Part shown: positions 62,174 through 64,000 of the stretch, one piece after another
Layout of the letters: each line of letters begins with the position of its first letter
Position numbering within the stretch: position 1 is the first letter of the stretch
From: Sporopachydermia quercuum
Lineage: Eukaryota
NCBI GenBank assembly: GCA_001599295.1
Contig: BCGN01000003.1
Coordinates: 496,001-560,000 of the forward strand
Reading direction: 5' to 3'
DNA length: 64,000 nt
Notes under the pieces: generated by a model
Databases searched by the model: none
What the model saw: only the letters and a program-made list of their open reading frames with translations
Told to the model about the DNA's origin: nothing
Made by a program: the position numbers and the translations under genes

Positions 62174-62205
62174 GAAATTGATATATCTNNAGATATATCA
62201 ATTTC
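62174..62205. repeat. Perfect 15-bp inverted repeat with NN centre
   Basis: GAAATTGATATATCT-NN-AGATATATCAATTTC. Confidence 0.9.
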
Positions 62206-63017
62206 ACTGCCTATATCCAATCCTCACTGTGTTCAAACAACCTGGAAAAAGTTCTCAGTGACAGTCATTTAAACATTATCTATAATGGTAGTGACAAAAA
62301 AAATATTAGTTTGGTCCGTAACCGAGCACTTTAGTTGCACCNGAACCAATAGCCTTCATCCTCCATGTCACATTCTCTATTCAAACCATATTAAGTAGGA
62401 CATTCTTTTGTCACATATTCCCACCTACTTTTGGTAGTGAAATTAGCCTACATAAAGCAAAAGTATTTCGTGTTCGTATATTAACTGTATGCATATAATT
62501 GATAATTACCCATTTCTTATTATGAAAGGAAGGAGTCCAAAGTTTAGTGCTGTAATCCTCAAACATTATTATGATATTTTCCCTTGGTCGATAAAGGAGA
62601 ATTTACTATTGGAAAATGCTGCTTTGGTCGTTCATGGTTTTGGTTCCAGAATAGACATTGTGCAACTTGCATGTAACGTAATGTTGATGAAATATTGAAG
62701 GAAAAACATAATATGTACTATAGAGATTATAGAGATTACTTGATAGTGAAATCAGGTAAAGATATGATCTACAAAGGCAATATATGAATAAATCGATGAA
62801 TAGTGAATAAAGTGTTATAAAACAGAGTTGCTAGGTATTGCTTTCTTTGATAACATATTACGTTGCCATCATAGTTTGTTTTGATAATTGGCTGATCAAA
62901 CGAAAGTCGATTGAGATCCCTTTTGATCATTTTATGTTGTTCATGATATAAGACTATTGATTACTTAAGAAACCAAGATTTTTGAAACTATTCGAAATCC
63001 TTTTTTTTTTCTCTAAA

Positions 63018-64000
63018 ATGACCGACCCATCCGATGTGGTGCATCGGGCAGGGTCAGTTTACAAGCTTGATAGAGAAAGAGATTCAACTAAGAAGTGCTT
63101 AGAAATTCTTGCAACCGTTCCCAGACCCCTATTTGCTGAAGGTTTAGCAAGAATAACGGCAGCAGTTAGTTCACAGTATGGCGAGCTTGGTACTCCTGAT
63201 AAACCTGGAGGAGGTGATTTCCTTCACATATCAGATGAATTGGGTGCGCATCTGAATCTAAATATTGTAGAGATTATGACTGAGTTCGTTGGGGATATTA
63301 AGAGCTTTATTGAAAATCAAGTGCTCTGTTTGACATTTTGTGATGAAATAAGCGAAATAAACGTACAATGGCTTTACGAAGCAAAACAAGAAATTGGTAG
63401 GATATCTCGTGATGTGGATTCAATCGGTGTTATCATGTCTAAATTGGTGCGGATACTAGAATCAGAGAATCGAGGTGAAATAGCAGGAACATCCGAACAA
63501 AAAATATTAGAAGCAAAGGTGCTAAACATACTAGTGATACTTGCAGACCTGTCAGATCAATGGTTGTCTCTTAGAAAACTTATACTTACAATACAGAAGA
63601 GATTAGATGTAGCTACTGAATGGAATGATTTGAAAGAAGAAGTCCTAAAGGGAATTGAAAGTGAGATAAGCATTTGTATTCAAGATTGCTACAATTTCAA
63701 AACAGATTTAGAAGGAAGTAACAACGAATTCGAGGAAATAATTAATGATCCCAGTATAACACTCAGCGCTCTATTAGATAAAATAGCATTCAGTTTTGCA
63801 TCAAACCATCGCTCAAACCTCAGTTTGGTCTCATTTTCTCCATTTCAAACATCTGTCAATAACACATTTATTGGTATCTTTTCAAGAGTAGAAGCTATTG
63901 ATGTAAGTTTGGAATTTGTTCCTGATAGAATAGAGCATTATCTATCAGTAGCAGAGATTGTCTCACCGGAATCTGTCACAAACATGAATAAATCTCTAGA
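63018..64000 (+). CDS. KAR9: Karyogamy/spindle orientation protein Kar9, 5' part (runs off window)
   Basis: Frame open from the ATG at 63018. W..LRKLI..IQKRLDVATEWNDLKEEVL..I..EI and RVEAIDVSLEFVPDRI resemble the conserved Kar9 motifs. Confidence 0.7.
   Translation, partial: MTDPSDVVHRAGSVYKLDRERDSTKKCLEILATVPRPLFAEGLARITAAVSSQYGELGTPDKPGGGDFLHISDELGAHLNLNIVEIMTEFVGDIKSFIENQVLCLTFCDEISEINVQWLYEAKQEIGRISRDVDSIGVIMSKLVRILESENRGEIAGTSEQKILEAKVLNILVILADLSDQWLSLRKLILTIQKRLDVATEWNDLKEEVLKGIESEISICIQDCYNFKTDLEGSNNEFEEIINDPSITLSALLDKIAFSFASNHRSNLSLVSFSPFQTSVNNTFIGIFSRVEAIDVSLEFVPDRIEHYLSVAEIVSPESVTNMNKSL

Noticed and set aside
61200..62700. Coding-like composition and short ORFs between ATP15 and KAR9
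   Set aside because: Hand translation gave no recognisable collinear motifs. It may be a decayed element but I cannot support that.

Overview
AT-rich nuclear DNA from an intron-rich budding yeast (Saccharomycotina; CTG falls at conserved Leu positions, suggesting the standard code). About 21 protein-coding genes: SND2-like, MSS4, ENA-type Na+/K+ ATPase, aldo-keto reductase, sugar O-acetyltransferase, RIB2, CDC48, PRP9, secreted acid phosphatase, SLD3, SRO9/SLF1-like, a LisH/CTLH ORF, a bHLH factor, SNF4, an OPT/YSL transporter, SWC5, PBP2-like, POL5, ATP15 and a partial KAR9. Twelve spliceosomal introns were reconstructed by hand. ATP15 and KAR9 are missing from the ORF track. The intergenic DNA holds a decayed MDR-family quinone oxidoreductase pseudogene with bacterial-type motifs, a heavily eroded Ty3/gypsy pol relic, clustered Rim101/Crz1-like and E-box motifs, two strong inverted repeats and a (TTA)45 tract. 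I found no clearly novel multi-gene system. All family assignments come from remembered motifs, not database searches.
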